A DNA stretch of 64,000 nucleotides from contig JANJGN010000031.1 of the NCBI GenBank assembly GCA_026770705.1, positions 1,426,001 to 1,490,000 on the forward strand. The letters run 5' to 3'. Position numbers and translations under genes: made by a program. The notes below the pieces were generated by a model that was not told where the DNA came from, ran no database searches, and saw nothing but the letters and a program-made list of their open reading frames with translations. This document shows, one piece after another, positions 63,806-64,000 of the stretch (the stretch's first letter is position 1; every line of letters starts with the position of its first letter). Source of the stretch: Isurus oxyrinchus. Lineage: Eukaryota.

Positions 63806-64000
63806 TGCATGAACCAAAGTGCTAAATTCTTTGCCGGCAATAATTCACAGATTATTTCATAAACACCCGAAAAGCGACCTTGAATCTGAGAGAAGTGAGT
63901 TAACGGTTTTCAGCAGATTCTGAAACCGCTGTCAGGGGGCAGGTGTCCTGCTGCTGAATACACCTTGTACAGTGTGAACCATCAGAGGCGTTTAAAGGTT

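Noticed and set aside
1-64000. D, J or C segments, or germline-joined VDJ
   Set aside because: I noticed no 12-RSS-flanked segments, FGxG J motifs or C1-set exons; every V retains its own RSS.

Overview
Vertebrate genomic DNA, almost certainly a cartilaginous fish (shark), judged from its CR1/L2 LINEs, Deu-type and other tRNA SINEs and a Penelope element. The window lies inside the variable-gene array of a T-cell receptor locus, most likely TRB. It holds 13 V segments, all on the minus strand, each ending in a heptamer/~23-bp spacer/nonamer RSS. One ends in CTCS, one in CASS, and 11 form a recently expanded CAWS-type family; the scar of a 14th, deleted V is also visible. About five look functional (V1, V5, V9, V11, V12), V2 is unresolved, V7 is an intact ORF with a dead heptamer, and six are pseudogenes. 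The array is built from overlapping 5-8 kb segmental duplications with mosaic V genes and microhomology junctions. Insertions younger than the duplications include a TSD-flanked ~5 kb Neptune-like Penelope retroelement carrying minimal hammerhead ribozymes, a 135-bp hammerhead-only fragment inside a V leader exon, and an 857-bp TSD-flanked concatemer of tRNA-Thr(TGT)-like heads and hairpin repeats between a V promoter and its leader. A decayed PIF/Harbinger transposon lies at the right end. No D, J or C segments were found. V1-V13 are my own left-to-right labels. Coordinates were read by eye, and repeat boundaries are approximate.
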